The translations under genes and the position numbers were made by a program. Source: Octopus vulgaris (lineage: Eukaryota). From it: DNA of 64,000 nucleotides. Shown one piece after another: positions 62,835 through 64,000 of the stretch (positions within the stretch are counted from its first letter, which is position 1; the number at the start of each line of letters is the position of its first letter). Under the pieces are notes generated by a model. That model searched no databases, was not told the origin of the DNA, and saw nothing but the letters and a program-made list of their open reading frames with translations. The DNA is taken from positions 36,208,001-36,272,000 of the forward strand of contig OX597827.1 of the NCBI GenBank assembly GCA_951406725.2, given 5' to 3'.

Positions 62835-64000
62835 TCTGGTTTGGAGCTTAGACAAATAAGTCTTGCAAACTACCAACCCTGGAGCAACCAACATAAAGCT
62901 GACCACGAGAAAAGCAAGGCTCAATTAAGTGCAAGCTAGTAAATTTCAAAGTCTGATCTTGAGCTTTATTAATAGACATTACGAAGCAAACTTGCACTGG
63001 GAATTGTGTTTGTTTGAACTAAAATGGCATGTCTGTTGGCTTTTAGAATGAAAATTTCCTCCCCAGAGGCACATCCACTGATGATGGTAGCTTCTATCTC
63101 ATTAAGAGATAATGTCTTTACAATCAACATTGTCCCACTGCATAATTTAGGAGGATCTAAATTTCTTAGAAGCATTATTAGGACTCCTACCTTCAGAAAA
63201 AGTTTATGTGGAGGAATTCCAGGTGGCTCAAGAGAATTAAGAAACTCTGTTGGGTAATGAACAGCATGATTTTCATCAAGGACTGAATCAGCTGATTTGT
63301 ACTCCTTAATAACTTTTGGAATCTTATTCATTAATTCATGGTTAATCCTTGCTACTGTCTCGTTTTTGGAATTGAGAATTGCCCTTTCACACAACCATTT
63401 ATGTGCATGGTACATCAACATCAAAAAATCAAATGGAAATTGTAGTTGTGATACCTGTGCCAGTGGCACATAAAAAACACCATCCAAACGTGGCCGATGC
63501 CAGCGCTGCTTTGACTGGCTTCAATACTGGTGACACGTAAAAAGCACCAACCAATTGTGGACATTGCCAGCCTCACCTGGCACCTGTGCCAGTGGCATGT
63601 AAAAAGCACCCACTACACTCAGAGTGGTTGGCGTTAGGAAGGGCATCCAGCTGTAGAAACACTGCCAGATCAGACTGGAGCCTGGTGCAGCCTCCTGGCT
63701 TCCCAGACCCCGGTCGAACCATCCAACCCATGCTAGCATGGAAAACAGACATTAAACGATGATGATGATCATCATCATCATTATTACTTAAGTCTGAAAA
63801 TATCCTGTTCTTCAATTCAGCTGGGGAATTCACCATGATAGCAATATGAGCCAAACTAATATCACTATTCCCATCAAATGCTACTTTCCCATTTCCTATT
63901 TGGAGGAGCCAGTTTGGAAACTGTTCTGCACATTGGTCCCCATGTTATAAAGCTCACACATTAGTATTGAGGGAGAATTTCTATACTCCATAGGTGTGAA
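62835..64000 (-). mobile_element. Helitron-type PIF1 helicase pseudogene fragment, interrupted by a SINE-like insertion at ~63412-63783
   Basis: FPNWLLQIGNG, WLCERAIL, YPTEFLNSLEPPGIPPHKLFLKVGVLIMLLRNLDPPKLCSGT, FPVQVCFVMSINKAQDQTL, FSRGQLYVGCSRV; stops and frameshifts. Confidence 0.88.
63412..63783 (+). mobile_element. SINE-like family C nested in the PIF1 helicase fragment
   Basis: The helicase frame reads IFSDLSNN | YHAHKWLCERAIL across the insertion. Confidence 0.8.

Overview
AT-rich, repeat-dense eukaryotic DNA, not prokaryotic. The SINE families, microsatellite load and single-exon C2H2 gene suggest a cephalopod such as Octopus (inference). It holds two convergent genes. One is a + strand ORF encoding a 9-finger C2H2 zinc-finger protein (22269-23777). 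The other is the 3' part of EXOC4/Sec8 on the - strand, which I rebuilt by hand as 12 phase-consistent GT-AG exons (60730 down to the stop at 45282, about 443 aa; the 5' exons lie beyond the window). The rest is transposon debris: an R4/Dong-type REL retrotransposon in (TAA)n, RTE and CR1 LINE fragments, two Penelope GIY-YIG remnants, hAT, mariner and Helitron/PIF1 fragments, MITEs and several SINE families. The most notable signal is a set of minimal type I hammerhead ribozyme motifs in four apparently unrelated 200-380 bp non-coding elements (16273-16308 -, 16453-16528 +, 37688-37731 +, and a 332-bp tandem at 41.3-41.9 kb). Three of the four are inserted in (TA)n tracts, suggesting a Penelope-LTR/retrozyme-like self-cleaving RNA system. 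All calls come from manual reading; no searches or folding programs were run.
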